The notes beneath the pieces are model-generated. The model was not told the DNA's origin and did not search any database. It saw nothing but the letters and a program-made list of their open reading frames with translations. Shown here piece by piece: positions 10,673 through 22,485 of a stretch of 64,000 nucleotides of DNA (position 1 is the first letter of the stretch; the number at the start of each line of letters is the position of its first letter). The translations under genes were made by a program, and so were the position numbers. The stretch is from an uncultured delta proteobacterium (GTDB lineage: Bacteria > Myxococcota_A > Polyangia > Polyangiales > Polyangiaceae). The DNA lies in NCBI GenBank assembly GCA_963716725.1, contig CAVQUB010000027.1:64001-128000 (forward strand). The letters are read 5' to 3'.

Positions 10673-12364
10673 TCACACGCAGGGCCCCCCGTTGCACAAG
10701 CAGAACTGGGCCTTGCAGACGCCCCCCGCGCAGGGGCACTCCCCGGCAAGACTGCAGCTGGCCTGGCAGAGCACCGTGCCGCCGCAGCCGTCGGGAACCG
10801 AACCGCTGCACTGACCGGTCGGGCAAGGGTCGGGGTCGGGCGTGCAGCCGCAGACGTTGTTGCTGCAGGTGGCGGGCAAGGTGCAGCTGCCGCAGTTCAG
10901 GTTGCCACCGCAGCCGTTGGAGATCGTCCCACAGTTCTTGCCCTGCGCCGCGCAGGTCGTCGGCGTGCAGCCACACACGTTCGCCGTGCCACCACCAGCG
11001 CAACTATTCGGAGTGCTGCAGCTGCCGCAGCTCAGATTGCCACCGCAGCCGTTGGAGATCGTCCCGCAGTTCTTGCCCTGCGCCGCGCAGCTCGTCGGCG
11101 CGCAGCCGCAGACGTTAGCCGTGCCACCACCAGCGCAGGTATTTGGAGTGCTGCAGCTGCCGCAGCTCAGATTACCGCCGCAGCCGTTGGAGATCGTCCC
11201 ACAGTTCTTGCCCTGGGCCGCGCAGCTCGTCGGCGCGCAGCCGCAGACGTTGGCCGGTCCGCCGCCGCCGCAGCTGTTCGGAGTACTGCAGCTGCCGCAG
11301 TTCACGGTGCCGCCGCAGCCGTTGGAGACCGTGCCGCAGTTCTTGCCTTGGGCCGCGCAGCTCATGGGCGCGCAGCCGCACACGTTCGCCGTTCCACCAC
11401 CGCCGCAGCTGTCGGAGCCGCTGCAGCTTCCGCAGCTCAGGTTTCCGCCGCAGCCGTTGGAGATCGTTCCGCAGTTCTTGCCTTGGGCCGCGCAGCTCGT
11501 GGGCGTGCAGCCGCATACGTTCGCCGTTCCACCGCCGCCGCAGCTGTCGGAGCCGCCGCAACTTCCGCAGCTCAGCGTCTTGCCGCAGCCGTCCGAGATG
11601 GTCCCGCAGTTCTTGCCCTGGGCCGCGCAGGTGGTGGGCACGCAGGGGTCTGTCCCACATTTGTTGGGGCCGGCTCCACCGCAAGACTGCCCGCTGGGGC
11701 ACGAGCCACAGTTCACCGTTCCGCCGCAGCCGTCGGAGATGGCTCCGCAGTTGGCGCCCACGCTCGCACAAGTCACGGGAGTGCACCCGCATTGGTTGGC
11801 GTTGCACACATCGGGCAGCTTGCAGGTGCCGCAGACAGTGTTGTTGCCACAGCCGTCGGAGACGGTGCCACAGACAGCGCCTTGCTGAGCGCAGGTCTTT
11901 GCCGTGCAACCACAGACGTTGGAGCCGCCCCCGCCGCCACAAGTCTCGGGCGCCTTGCACCCGCCACAGTCGAGGACGCCGTCACAACCATCGGACGCCG
12001 TGCCGCAGGTCGCCGCCAGCTTCTCGCAAGTGGTCGGCGTGCAGGGCGTGGTGCCGCAGCGGTTCGCGCCGGCGCCGCCGCAGAACAGGCCCGTCTCGCA
12101 GGTGCCACAGTCGAGGGAGCCCCCACAACCGTCCGGGACGCCGCCGCACTCGGCGTTCTTCGCCTGACAGGTGGTCGGCACGCAACCCCCGCTGTCCGCG
12201 CCCGCTGAGCCGTCTGAGTTCGTGCCGCCGCCCGTCCCGGCACCGGCGTCCGAACCTTCAGAGCCCTTCAACTCGTCGAGCGACGACAAGCTGCACGCGG
12301 CGACCGTGAAAGCACCGGCCACGGACAACCCGACTGCCAGACCGAAGCGCGAGAACCAGCCCAT
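10673..12364 (-). CDS. Cys-rich tandem-repeat lipoprotein
   Basis: Lipobox VAAC, Gly-rich linker, then 10 full and 1 degenerate ~45-aa repeats with 8 Cys each. Confidence 0.9.
   Translation of the reverse strand: MGWFSRFGLAVGLSVAGAFTVAACSLSSLDELKGSEGSDAGAGTGGGTNSDGSAGADSGGCVPTTCQAKNAECGGVPDGCGGSLDCGTCETGLFCGGAGANRCGTTPCTPTTCEKLAATCGTASDGCDGVLDCGGCKAPETCGGGGGSNVCGCTAKTCAQQGAVCGTVSDGCGNNTVCGTCKLPDVCNANQCGCTPVTCASVGANCGAISDGCGGTVNCGSCPSGQSCGGAGPNKCGTDPCVPTTCAAQGKNCGTISDGCGKTLSCGSCGGSDSCGGGGTANVCGCTPTSCAAQGKNCGTISNGCGGNLSCGSCSGSDSCGGGGTANVCGCAPMSCAAQGKNCGTVSNGCGGTVNCGSCSTPNSCGGGGPANVCGCAPTSCAAQGKNCGTISNGCGGNLSCGSCSTPNTCAGGGTANVCGCAPTSCAAQGKNCGTISNGCGGNLSCGSCSTPNSCAGGGTANVCGCTPTTCAAQGKNCGTISNGCGGNLNCGSCTLPATCSNNVCGCTPDPDPCPTGQCSGSVPDGCGGTVLCQASCSLAGECPCAGGVCKAQFCLCNGGPCV
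10840..11650. repeat. 135-bp coding tandem repeat (six highly similar units)
   Basis: gttggaga recurs at 10916, 11051, 11186, 11321 and 11456, with a variant at 11591; spacing is exactly 135 nt. Confidence 0.9.
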
Positions 12365-12450
12365 GACAGCATGCTACCTTGGGAGTAAGCCCACGGCCAG
12401 AGACCTGGACGCGCGCTAGCGCGTACGGGCCAGGCGACTCACACTCCAGA

Positions 12451-13533
12451 TCAGATCGAGAGCGCTTGTCGGGGCGTCGCCAGGCCGCGATCGATCAAGT
12501 CGGTCACCGTGTCGCGCAGCGTCTCGCCGGGATCCCGCGAGACCCATCCGAGCTCGCGCTCGGCCTTGTCGCTCGAGCAGTACCAGAAGTATTGCGCCAT
12601 CTCGACGCTGACCTCGTCGACCGGAGGCTCGCCCCCAATGGCCCGCACCGCCTGGGTGAAGAGCTTCGAGAGCCCCAAGGCCAGCGGTCTCGACCTCGGC
12701 ATCGGCAGGCGCGGGGCGGGCACACCGGTGAGCCGCGAGAGCCTCTGGAAGAAGGCCGCGAGCGTCAGGTTCTGCGCGTTCAACAGGTAGCGTTCGCCCG
12801 GGCGCCCGTGCTCGAACGCCAGGCGCATGCCCGTAGCCGCGTCCCGGGCGTCCACGAAGGCGATGCCGCCGGCGGGGACCGCTGGGATCGCGCGCTCGAG
12901 GAAACGCTGCACGTCGATGGTGGACGAGCCCTGCAAGTCGCCGGGCCCGAGCAGCAAACTCGGATTGACGATCACGACCTCGAACTCCGGAGCGTTCGCG
13001 CCGAGGGCTTCACGCTCACCGTACAGCTTCGAGCGGTAGTACGGCCAACGCGCGATGAGGTCCATCGGCGCGGACGACTCCTCGTCGGCGATCTGGCTCG
13101 CGTCGCTGCTGACCGCGATGGTCCCGCTGGTGCTCGCGACCACCACTCGGCGCACGCCGGCCTGCCTCAGACCTGCGAGCGCGTTTCGCGTGGCGACGAC
13201 GTTGTGTCGGTGGAGTTGCTCGGCATCGGCGGGGTCCCGGGAGACCTTGCCGGTGCAGAGAAACGCCCCGTCACAGCCGCGGGCGCTGACGGCCACCTCA
13301 TCCTTGTCGCAGACGTCGAGGGCGGCGACAGCATCGCCGCCGCGCCGAGAGACGGCGATCACCTGGTGCCCCCGCGTTCGGAGGTCGCGACAGAGGTGCG
13401 AGCCCAGAAAGCCGGTGGCGCCGGCGAGCCAGAAGCGGCGCGGTGTTGCTTCGAGCGAGTCGGCGCTAGGCGGCGTCGAGGGCCGGCCGTTGCCGCTGCC
13501 CGGGCGTCGGGCGCCGTCTCCAGCGCCGCTCAC
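12451..13533 (-). CDS. NAD-dependent epimerase/dehydratase (extended SDR; ElbE/HpnA-like)
   Basis: LAGATGFLGS, STSG, YYRSK (YxxxK), VNPSLLLGPGD; GTGA overlap with the upstream multienzyme. Confidence 0.88.
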   Translation of the reverse strand: MSGAGDGARRPGSGNGRPSTPPSADSLEATPRRFWLAGATGFLGSHLCRDLRTRGHQVIAVSRRGGDAVAALDVCDKDEVAVSARGCDGAFLCTGKVSRDPADAEQLHRHNVVATRNALAGLRQAGVRRVVVASTSGTIAVSSDASQIADEESSAPMDLIARWPYYRSKLYGEREALGANAPEFEVVIVNPSLLLGPGDLQGSSTIDVQRFLERAIPAVPAGGIAFVDARDAATGMRLAFEHGRPGERYLLNAQNLTLAAFFQRLSRLTGVPAPRLPMPRSRPLALGLSKLFTQAVRAIGGEPPVDEVSVEMAQYFWYCSSDKAERELGWVSRDPGETLRDTVTDLIDRGLATPRQALSI

Positions 13534-16500
13534 GCCTCACCTCTCAGCTCTTCGCTCGGACGTTCGAGGCGGAACGCGCGCTGGAATACCATCAAGAGCT
13601 CGATGTTGTTGCTCTTCACCGCGCCCGAAATGAACTCCTGGGGGCTGGGCGTGTACGCCTCGCGGACGATGCGGCGAAACATGCCCGGCGTCGTCTTGAG
13701 CACGCAGTCTGCGCTCTCGACCGCCTTGCCCGGAGTCACCTGGCAACGATCGGCCGATACCTGGAGCGTCCATCGCTCGGCCTCTCCGAGCGAAAAATAG
13801 AAGCTGACGGGCGCCTCGACTGCGTTGGGAACGAAGCGACGCTCGAGCTCACCGAATACGGGAGCCAGGGAATCGTCCGCTGCCTCGCCGGGCAACGCTT
13901 CGAGGGACTGCAGCTCGCGAATGTCGAAGACCTCGCCACGAGAAAGCGCCTGCACGGCGCGGCGGCTGATGGCTGCAACCACCCGTGAAGCCTCGCTCGC
14001 GTTCATGCCGCGGGTGAGGCGCGCAAGGTCGCCCACTTCGAGCACCGGGCCAATGCGCACCACCACGTCGCGGCGCCGCAAGACCGTCGCGCCCTTGGGC
14101 AGGGCCGCGTGGGTCCCGCCCAGGTAGACCGGCAAGATATCGACCTTGTTCTGGAGCGCGAGGTATCCGACCGCACTCTTGAACTCCTTGACCTCTCCGT
14201 CGGAGCTGCGGGTCCCTTCGGGGAAGATCAGCACGGTCTTTCCCTGTTCGAGCAACTCCGCCGCTTGGCGCAAGCTCTGCCGAAGCGAGCCAGTGCGCGA
14301 CATCGCCACCAGGTTCGTGAAGTTCTCGAAGTAGGCCTTGCGCCAGCGGTTGCCTTCGAAGAAGTAGTCCTGCGCCGCTAGCGACACGAGGCCCTCTCCG
14401 TAGCTGCCGAGGGCGTACTTCGACGAGGCCCATGTCGAGATGGCTCGCGTGATTCGCCGCCACCAGCACGTTGCGGTTGTGCGGGATGAAGGCTCGCCCG
14501 CTGACGCTGGTGTGCAGCACGCGATCGTAGAAGCTCGTCTGCGCGCGCCCCAGCCAGTGCATGGCAGCTTCGCGCAGCGCCGGCGGGAGCTCGAGCGGCT
14601 CGTCGTCGACTGACTCGATGGAAGCGGTCCGCGATGCCCGACGGACTGCTCGCGTCTCGCGCACCAAAGCCTCCGCGTCTCCGATGGTGACGCAGGCATT
14701 GAGCCTCTCGGCGTCCACGGAGCCGCCGAGATCGGCCTCGAGGGCCACCAGGAGTTCGAGCAGCATGAGTGAGTCGAAGCCGAGATCGGCGCGCAGGCCG
14801 AGCCCAGGCTCGAGCGACCTCGGATCGCGCCGCGTGATGGCGGCGATGGCGACGCGCACGCCCTCGACGGATCCCTCGATTTGACCTGCTCCCGCCGATC
14901 GCGACGGCCGCTCCGAGAGCGGCGCGACGCGTTCGAGGACGCGGCGCACCTCGCTGCGCTTCACCTTGCGCGTCGTGGTCCTGGGCAGCTTGGCGTCAAG
15001 CAGCGTCACGACCGCGGGTCGTTGCGCGCCCGGCAGCTTGGCCAGCGCCTTGTCGAGCGAGGCTTTGGCGCGCTGATGACGCAGTGCCCGCGAGGCGCCG
15101 TCGTCATCGGAGGGCACCGCCACGCAGGCAACGCGCTCACCTCCCCGGGGGCTGTCGATGCCGATGATGGCAAGCTCGGCGATATGCTCGATCTGACCGA
15201 GGCGCGCTTCGACGTCGTCCGGGTACACGTTCTCGCCGTTCGCAGCGACGATCACGTCCTTGGCACGCCCGACGATGACCAGGTGTCCTTGCTTGTCGAG
15301 CTTGCCGAGATCCCCGGTGTGCAGCCAGCCGTCGGCATCGATGCTGCGCCGCGTGCTCTCTTCGTCGTCGCTGTACCCGAGCATCACGTTCGGCCCGCGG
15401 GCGAGCACCTGGCCCACGCCTTGGGCGTTGGGCGCGTGGATGCGGATCTCCACTCCGGGAACGGCCTTGCCCACGTGGCCCGAACGAGCGCCAGGACCTC
15501 CGGAGGCCACGGTCAGCACGGGCGCCGCCTCGGTGAGGCCGTAGCCCTCCGCCAAGTGCAGGCCGAGCCCCGCGAACAAGTGGTGGGTCTTCTCCGGCAG
15601 CGCCGCGCCCCCGCTCACCAAATAGCGCAGATGTCCGCCCAGCCCCTCGTGCACCGGGCCGAAGAGCAGCTTGCCCGCGTCGATGCCCAGGCTCTTGCCC
15701 AGCGATCGGTTCAGCTCCACGGCCACGTCAAACACCTGCGACGCAAACCTCCCCCGCTCGGCCACCTTGGCGCTGATCCGGCGTTCGAGCATCTCCCACA
15801 GCGCAGGCACGCCAATCATCGCGGTGATGCGGCCGCTCTTCAGGCCGACCTCGAGGCGATCGGCGGTGAGCTGGTCGAGGTAGACGATGCGAGATCCGCG
15901 GGAGAGCGGCAGGAGCAAGCCGCAGGTCAGCTCGAAGGTGTGGTGCAAGGGCAAGACCGAGAGCACGCGATCGCCCTTGCCGAGCGGGAAGAGCGGCGCG
16001 AGGGACGCGACCAATGCCGTCAAGTTCGAGTGCGAGAGCATCACGCCCTTCGGCACTCCAGTCGTACCGCTGGTGTAGATCAGCGCCGCCACCTGCTCAG
16101 AGCGCGGCTCGGCCGGGGCCGCGATGGGGGCGCCCGGCGCGGCAGACTGCCAGAGGTCCATGCACGCGAGGTCCGACGGCAAATTCCCTCGCACCCGCTC
16201 CGCCACCGCCTGGTCCGCGATGAAGAGATTGGCGCCCGATGCCGCACGCAGATTCTCGACGACCTCGGCCTCGACGCCCGGTTCGAGGGGCACCACCGTC
16301 GCGCCGGCGTAGAGGATCCCGAAGAAGGCGACGGGCCACGCCGGATGATTTGCGCCAGCGAGCATCACCCGGTCGCCGGGCACCACGCCCTCCGCTCGCA
16401 AGCGCTCGGCACAGGCTAGCGATCGCTCCCGCCACTCGCGGAAGCTGACGCGCGACAGTCCCGCGGCCTCGGTGCGCTGAAGCGCGACCGACAGATCGAA

Positions 16501-18234
16501 ACGATCGGCCATCTCGTCGAGCAGTAGCGTGAGGGTCGTGTGGGGCGCGGGGGCCCGGCGAGGGCGCTTCAGGCGCTCGTCGATCTGGGGAAATACCCAC
16601 TTCTCCAGAGCCGGCACGTGGATCTCGAGGAACCAGTGCCGCCAATCGATCTGCTCGGGCTCCCAGTAGATCTTGGCCCGGTCCGCGTCCGACAGGCGCG
16701 ACAAGGCTGCGCGCGTATTGTCGCAACGGAAGACGTAGTCGTAGACCGCGATGAAGGGCACAAACGCGCCGAGCACGTCGCCGACCCTGCGCTGGCCTTC
16801 GGCAAAGCTCTCCAGCGCTTTGGCGGCGGGGTGAAAGAGCGGCGCCGCCGGGCCAACGGCCGCCTTCTTCAAGAGTCGCGCCGCGAAGCTCGCGCCCGCG
16901 GCGACCTTCTTGGGACCGTAGGCCTCGAACTGCTTGTCGTCGAGCATCGCGCCCTCGAAGCGCGACTGCAGCGCGCTCAGGATCGGGCCGCCCCGCCCCG
17001 TGCGTTGGTAGTACTTCCGCTTGTAGAGTCCGGTCAGCTCGTAGGCTCGGCGCACGGTGAAGGGATTGCTGTCGCTCGACCCGAGCTGATAAACGGGGCG
17101 GTGCGTGCCGTCGATGAGCTCACCAAGGGCCAACGTCATGCCGCCCGCCACCATGTCGCAGGGGATCACGTCGAGGTAGCTGTCGCTGCCGGGGAACTGG
17201 GTCTGGCCCTCGCGGATCACGTAGATCAGCGGCGCGCTGGTGTTGATGCCCTCGTTCCAGCCCGGGAAGGGAAACTTCACGGTGCTCTCGACGATGGCCG
17301 GACGCACGATGGTGTGGGCAAGCTCGGATCGAGCCACGATCTGCTCACCGATGGCCTTGGTGTACGTGTACGTGTTCGGGAATCCCCAGAACTGAGCGCG
17401 CTCCATGCCCATCTCGGCCAGGCGCGCTTCGACGAACTTGCGCTTCACGCGCTCGACTTCGCTTTCGAGAGTGGTGCCCCGCGCGGGCTCGCCACGTCCC
17501 GCCAGGTTCTTCTTCGCTTCGTCCAGGAAGCGGCTCTGGCGGAATGCGTCGTTCGAGCGATGGCGAGCCTGCTCGATCACGTCGAGACACTCCTCGATCT
17601 CGCGGTCGGGATCCCAGTGCGCACGCTCGAGCTCGCCGGCTCGGGGGAAGGGGTGCGCGCGCGGGTCGGTCTCTTCGATGAATCCGGTGCGCGAGCCCGC
17701 GACGAAGCAGGTGCTCGTGTGGAGAAAAGGGGCATCGCCGAGATCGCGAGCGAGCGCCACCAAGTTCTGCACGCCAAATGCGTTCACCTCGAGCGCTTCG
17801 TCCAGGGGCGGATCGAAGTCGACGACGCCGCTCGCATTCACCACCGCGTCTACGGAGCCGCGAAGCTCGTCGCGCAGCGTGGCGTCGATCCCGCAGTAGG
17901 GCTGCACCACGTCACCCGCAATGGGCACGACCTTGTCACGGATGAAGGCATCGAACGCGGCTCCATGGCGCTCGCGCAAGGGGCGCATCACTTCGCTGCC
18001 GACGACCTCTTTCCAGAACCGCTGCTCGGCGGTCTGATTGGCGCGCGGCCGCACCACCAGGTGGATGCGCTGCACCCAGGGGAAGTGGTGGAGCAGGAAT
18101 GCCCACCAGACCTTGCCGAGGAAGCCTGTGCCTCCGATCACGACCAGGCGGCGCCCCGAGAGAGTGCGCCCGAGGTCGAGGGGCGGGCGCGCCCCGCTGT
18201 CGGGTTTTTGTTCAATCGGAGGGTGCTTGGGCAT
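13530..18234 (-). CDS. elbD: ElbD-like multifunctional lipid enzyme: fatty acyl reductase + AMP-binding + ACP + PlsC acyltransferase + SCP2-like domain (one apparent +1 frameshift at ~14421)
   Basis: GGTGFLGK / YTYTK / IVRPAIV (FAR), YTSGTTGVPKG / GYGLTE / GWLHTGDLG (ACS), LGFDSL (ACP), NHASHLD and FPEGTRS (PlsC), then WTLQV...ADCVLKTT...FISGAVK (SCP2-like). Removing one base at ~14421 restores HLDMGLVKYALG and gives ~1570 aa. Confidence 0.85.
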
Positions 18235-18340
18235 GCGGAAAGGACCTTCGGTCACCCATGCCGGCCCGGGAGTCAAGGCCTGCCGCGTCGCGTCGCTCTT
18301 CGGGCGTAACCGGGGGACACTCCCGGACGTAGTTGCCGTG

Positions 18341-19348
18341 ATGAGACAGCTTGCTTGGGCGGTTGCGGCCTTCTTTGTCGCGCAGGCGGGCATCGCCCAC
18401 GCGTTCGTCGGCACGCCGGTCGGTGGACACCCTGGAGAGCTCGACGTGAACGCCGTGGTCACGGCCGAGCGTGGCAAGACCGAGCCGAACGAAAACCAAG
18501 CGTCGTTCATGAAGACCCGCGGTTGGTACGAGTACAAGCTGGGCGCGGGCTACACCTTCGGCGATCTCGGACCGCTCCAGTTTTTCTCGGCTCGCCTCGA
18601 GGCGACCTACTACCAGACGCCGGCGGAGAAGAACGACCCCGACGAATGGCAAGTCGGCGCGCCGGGCTCGTCGCCCCCGGGAAGCATCGGCTCCGAATGC
18701 AGCGCGGGCGCCAAGTATCTGGGCGGCGGCGTCTGCGAGTTCTACCCCGAAGACACCGGGACCATCGCCACGGCGACCGTCTCGTTCGCGGCGGTGCATG
18801 ACCCCAAGTTCGCCCTCGGGTTCTTCTTGAAAGGCAGCGTTCCCTTCGGAATGGACCTCGACAAGTTCGAGAACCCGCGCCTCGACTACTTCGCAGGAGG
18901 CACGAACGTGAGCGTCGAGCTCCAGAACTGGCTGCTCCTCGAGACCACGATTTTCTTGGGCTCGGGGACGCGTCCCTTCGGAAAAGAGCAGAACGGGGCC
19001 GCGGCCCTCAGCGCCCTGTTCGACTTCAAGACCCGGCGTTGGCTCTTGCCGTGGAAGGCCGGCATCAAGATCGGACCCTACGTCGAGGGCGACATCCACG
19101 AGCGCTACGACGAACGCTACGATCGCGCCTTCAGCCCCGCGGTCCTGCCGCAACCCGGCGCCCAGCCCGCGCAGTACCGCGACCGCATTCGAGCAGCACG
19201 CTTCGCGATGGCAGCGCTGCCCTACTTCCTGGTAACCCCGCACCTGTCGGTCGAGGCGGGCTACATTCAGAAGTTCTTCGGCTACGATGCCCGCGCGACG
19301 CAGGTCTACTTCGTCGGGCTCCGCGGCTTGATGAGCGTGGGCAACTGA
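18341..19348 (+). CDS. Secreted, probably outer-membrane beta-barrel hypothetical protein
   Basis: Signal peptide ending AHA; many alternating aromatic strands (YEYKLGAGYTF, LSVEAGY, VYFVGLRG). Confidence 0.65.
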   Translation: MRQLAWAVAAFFVAQAGIAHAFVGTPVGGHPGELDVNAVVTAERGKTEPNENQASFMKTRGWYEYKLGAGYTFGDLGPLQFFSARLEATYYQTPAEKNDPDEWQVGAPGSSPPGSIGSECSAGAKYLGGGVCEFYPEDTGTIATATVSFAAVHDPKFALGFFLKGSVPFGMDLDKFENPRLDYFAGGTNVSVELQNWLLLETTIFLGSGTRPFGKEQNGAAALSALFDFKTRRWLLPWKAGIKIGPYVEGDIHERYDERYDRAFSPAVLPQPGAQPAQYRDRIRAARFAMAALPYFLVTPHLSVEAGYIQKFFGYDARATQVYFVGLRGLMSVGN

Positions 19349-19556
19349 AGAGCTGTCGAAGCTCGCATTCTTGACCTGTTCTTCAGGCACGACGAAGTCG
19401 TGCTCGCGGGGACGGGCGCGGTGCTCGAGATCGAGATCAAGACGGGGTCGAGCAAGCTGCTGGCTGCCACCAGCAATGCGTGGTGGGGCGCCGGCGTAGC
19501 GACTCGGCTCTAGAGTCTCGCCGCGCGGCGAATTTCCGCGCTAGACTCCGCAGGCC

Positions 19557-21179
<1,623 letters not shown>

Positions 21180-21182
21180 ACC

Positions 21183-21998
21183 GTGGCCGCGCTGATCATC
21201 GACTCGGCCTATCACCCGATCCTGCTGTTCGGGTTGGCATCGAACGCTTACAGTTTCGTGCTGGTGACGCTGGCGTTGAAGCGGGGCGACTGGCTGACCG
21301 ATTCGCAGTTCTCACTCACCAAGTTCTACGTACTGATGGGCTGGGTGCCCCTCGCCTTCCTGGCGCTCTCGCTGGTGATCAGCCCACGCTATCTGTTGCT
21401 GTTCGTGGCCACCGGGCTCATGGGCATCGTCGGCGAGCTCATCGTCTCGGTGGTTTGGCGTCGCTTCTTCGCGGAGCCGATTTGGACCTACAGCTACCGT
21501 TCCGTGCTCTCGGGCTACACCAGCACCCTGAACTTCTTCCCGTGGACGGTTGGCGCGCTCTTGTTCTGCGAGACCCGGCGCGTGCTGCGTGGTCCGGCAC
21601 CCGAAGCCTGGACCTTGGATCGGCCCATGTGGATCGCCGCGGCGGCGCTGGCGGTCGGCCTGCTCGTCGCGTGGCCCCTCAGTCGACTCACCAGCGCCCG
21701 CGAGCGACGCTTCACGCGCGGCGCGTTCGCCGTCTTCTGCATCCCCATCGCGTCAGCGGCGCTGGCCCTCGGCTGGTGGGTGAGCCCGCACTACCTGCTA
21801 TTGATGGCGGCCTTCGCCGGGATCGGCTTCTTCACCGAGTACACCTACGGCCGCGGCATGAGCCTGTTCTTCGAGCGGGGGTTGTGGACCTACAACCACT
21901 GGAAGATCGATCAGGGACACTCGAGCTTCGTGACGTTTCCGCTGTGGGCGCTCGGCGGCCTGTATTTCCACTTCGTGGCAGGCTTCGTGGGGCTGTGA
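21183..21998 (+). CDS. Polytopic membrane protein with internal duplication
   Basis: Two halves, each with SP.YLLL...E...WTY...G..S....P.W..G.L.F; starts 3 bp after the kinase stop. Confidence 0.75.
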   Translation: MAALIIDSAYHPILLFGLASNAYSFVLVTLALKRGDWLTDSQFSLTKFYVLMGWVPLAFLALSLVISPRYLLLFVATGLMGIVGELIVSVVWRRFFAEPIWTYSYRSVLSGYTSTLNFFPWTVGALLFCETRRVLRGPAPEAWTLDRPMWIAAAALAVGLLVAWPLSRLTSARERRFTRGAFAVFCIPIASAALALGWWVSPHYLLLMAAFAGIGFFTEYTYGRGMSLFFERGLWTYNHWKIDQGHSSFVTFPLWALGGLYFHFVAGFVGL

Positions 21999-22027
21999 CT
22001 CAGAGGCGACCCGTGGTTGCGTGAGCG

Positions 22028-22429
22028 CTATTTGCAGGCCTTCGCGCACTCGTCGAAGGCCGCCTGGCATTGCGTCGGATCCGCAAACTTGGGCAGGCCG
22101 CCCTCAGTCGTTCCCGGCAACAGGCAGGCCTGCAACACCCCCTGACACTTCGAGGCGCAGGCCGCGCTCTTACCGCCGCCGGCGTCGGCGGGCGCGCTTG
22201 CGTCCTTGGCTCCGGCATCGGTCTTCTTGGTGCTGACCGTCGTGGGCGTCGGCGTCGGTGTCGACGTCGCGCCGCTCGCCGCCGGTTCGACGGTGGGAGT
22301 CGGCTCGGCTGTGGTGGCTGTCGGCGTCGGCTCGGGTGGAGGCAACGCGGGCGTCGGCTCCTCCTTCTTGAACATCTTGCAGGCGAGCAGCGCTGCGACG
22401 AGGACCCCCAAGTGAATCGTGGAGCGCAT
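22028..22429 (-). CDS. Small Pro/Thr-rich lipoprotein with C-terminal 6-Cys helical hairpin
   Basis: Lipobox LLAC; CASKC...ACL...QCQAAFDECAKAC. Confidence 0.75.
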   Translation of the reverse strand: MRSTIHLGVLVAALLACKMFKKEEPTPALPPPEPTPTATTAEPTPTVEPAASGATSTPTPTPTTVSTKKTDAGAKDASAPADAGGGKSAACASKCQGVLQACLLPGTTEGGLPKFADPTQCQAAFDECAKACK

Positions 22430-22485
22430 GAGCGGGGGACTATACGACGAAGGTCGGTGCTCTGCGCGGGATTCCTGGCCGGTGA

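Noticed and set aside
10840..11650. Regularly spaced repeats as a CRISPR array
   Set aside because: Units are 135-bp in-frame coding repeats with synonymous variation, no unique spacers and no cas genes.
14400..14440. Programmed frameshift in the elbD-like gene
   Set aside because: No slippery sequence is present, and the single-base insertion splits the acyltransferase domain. It has the same signature as other likely errors.
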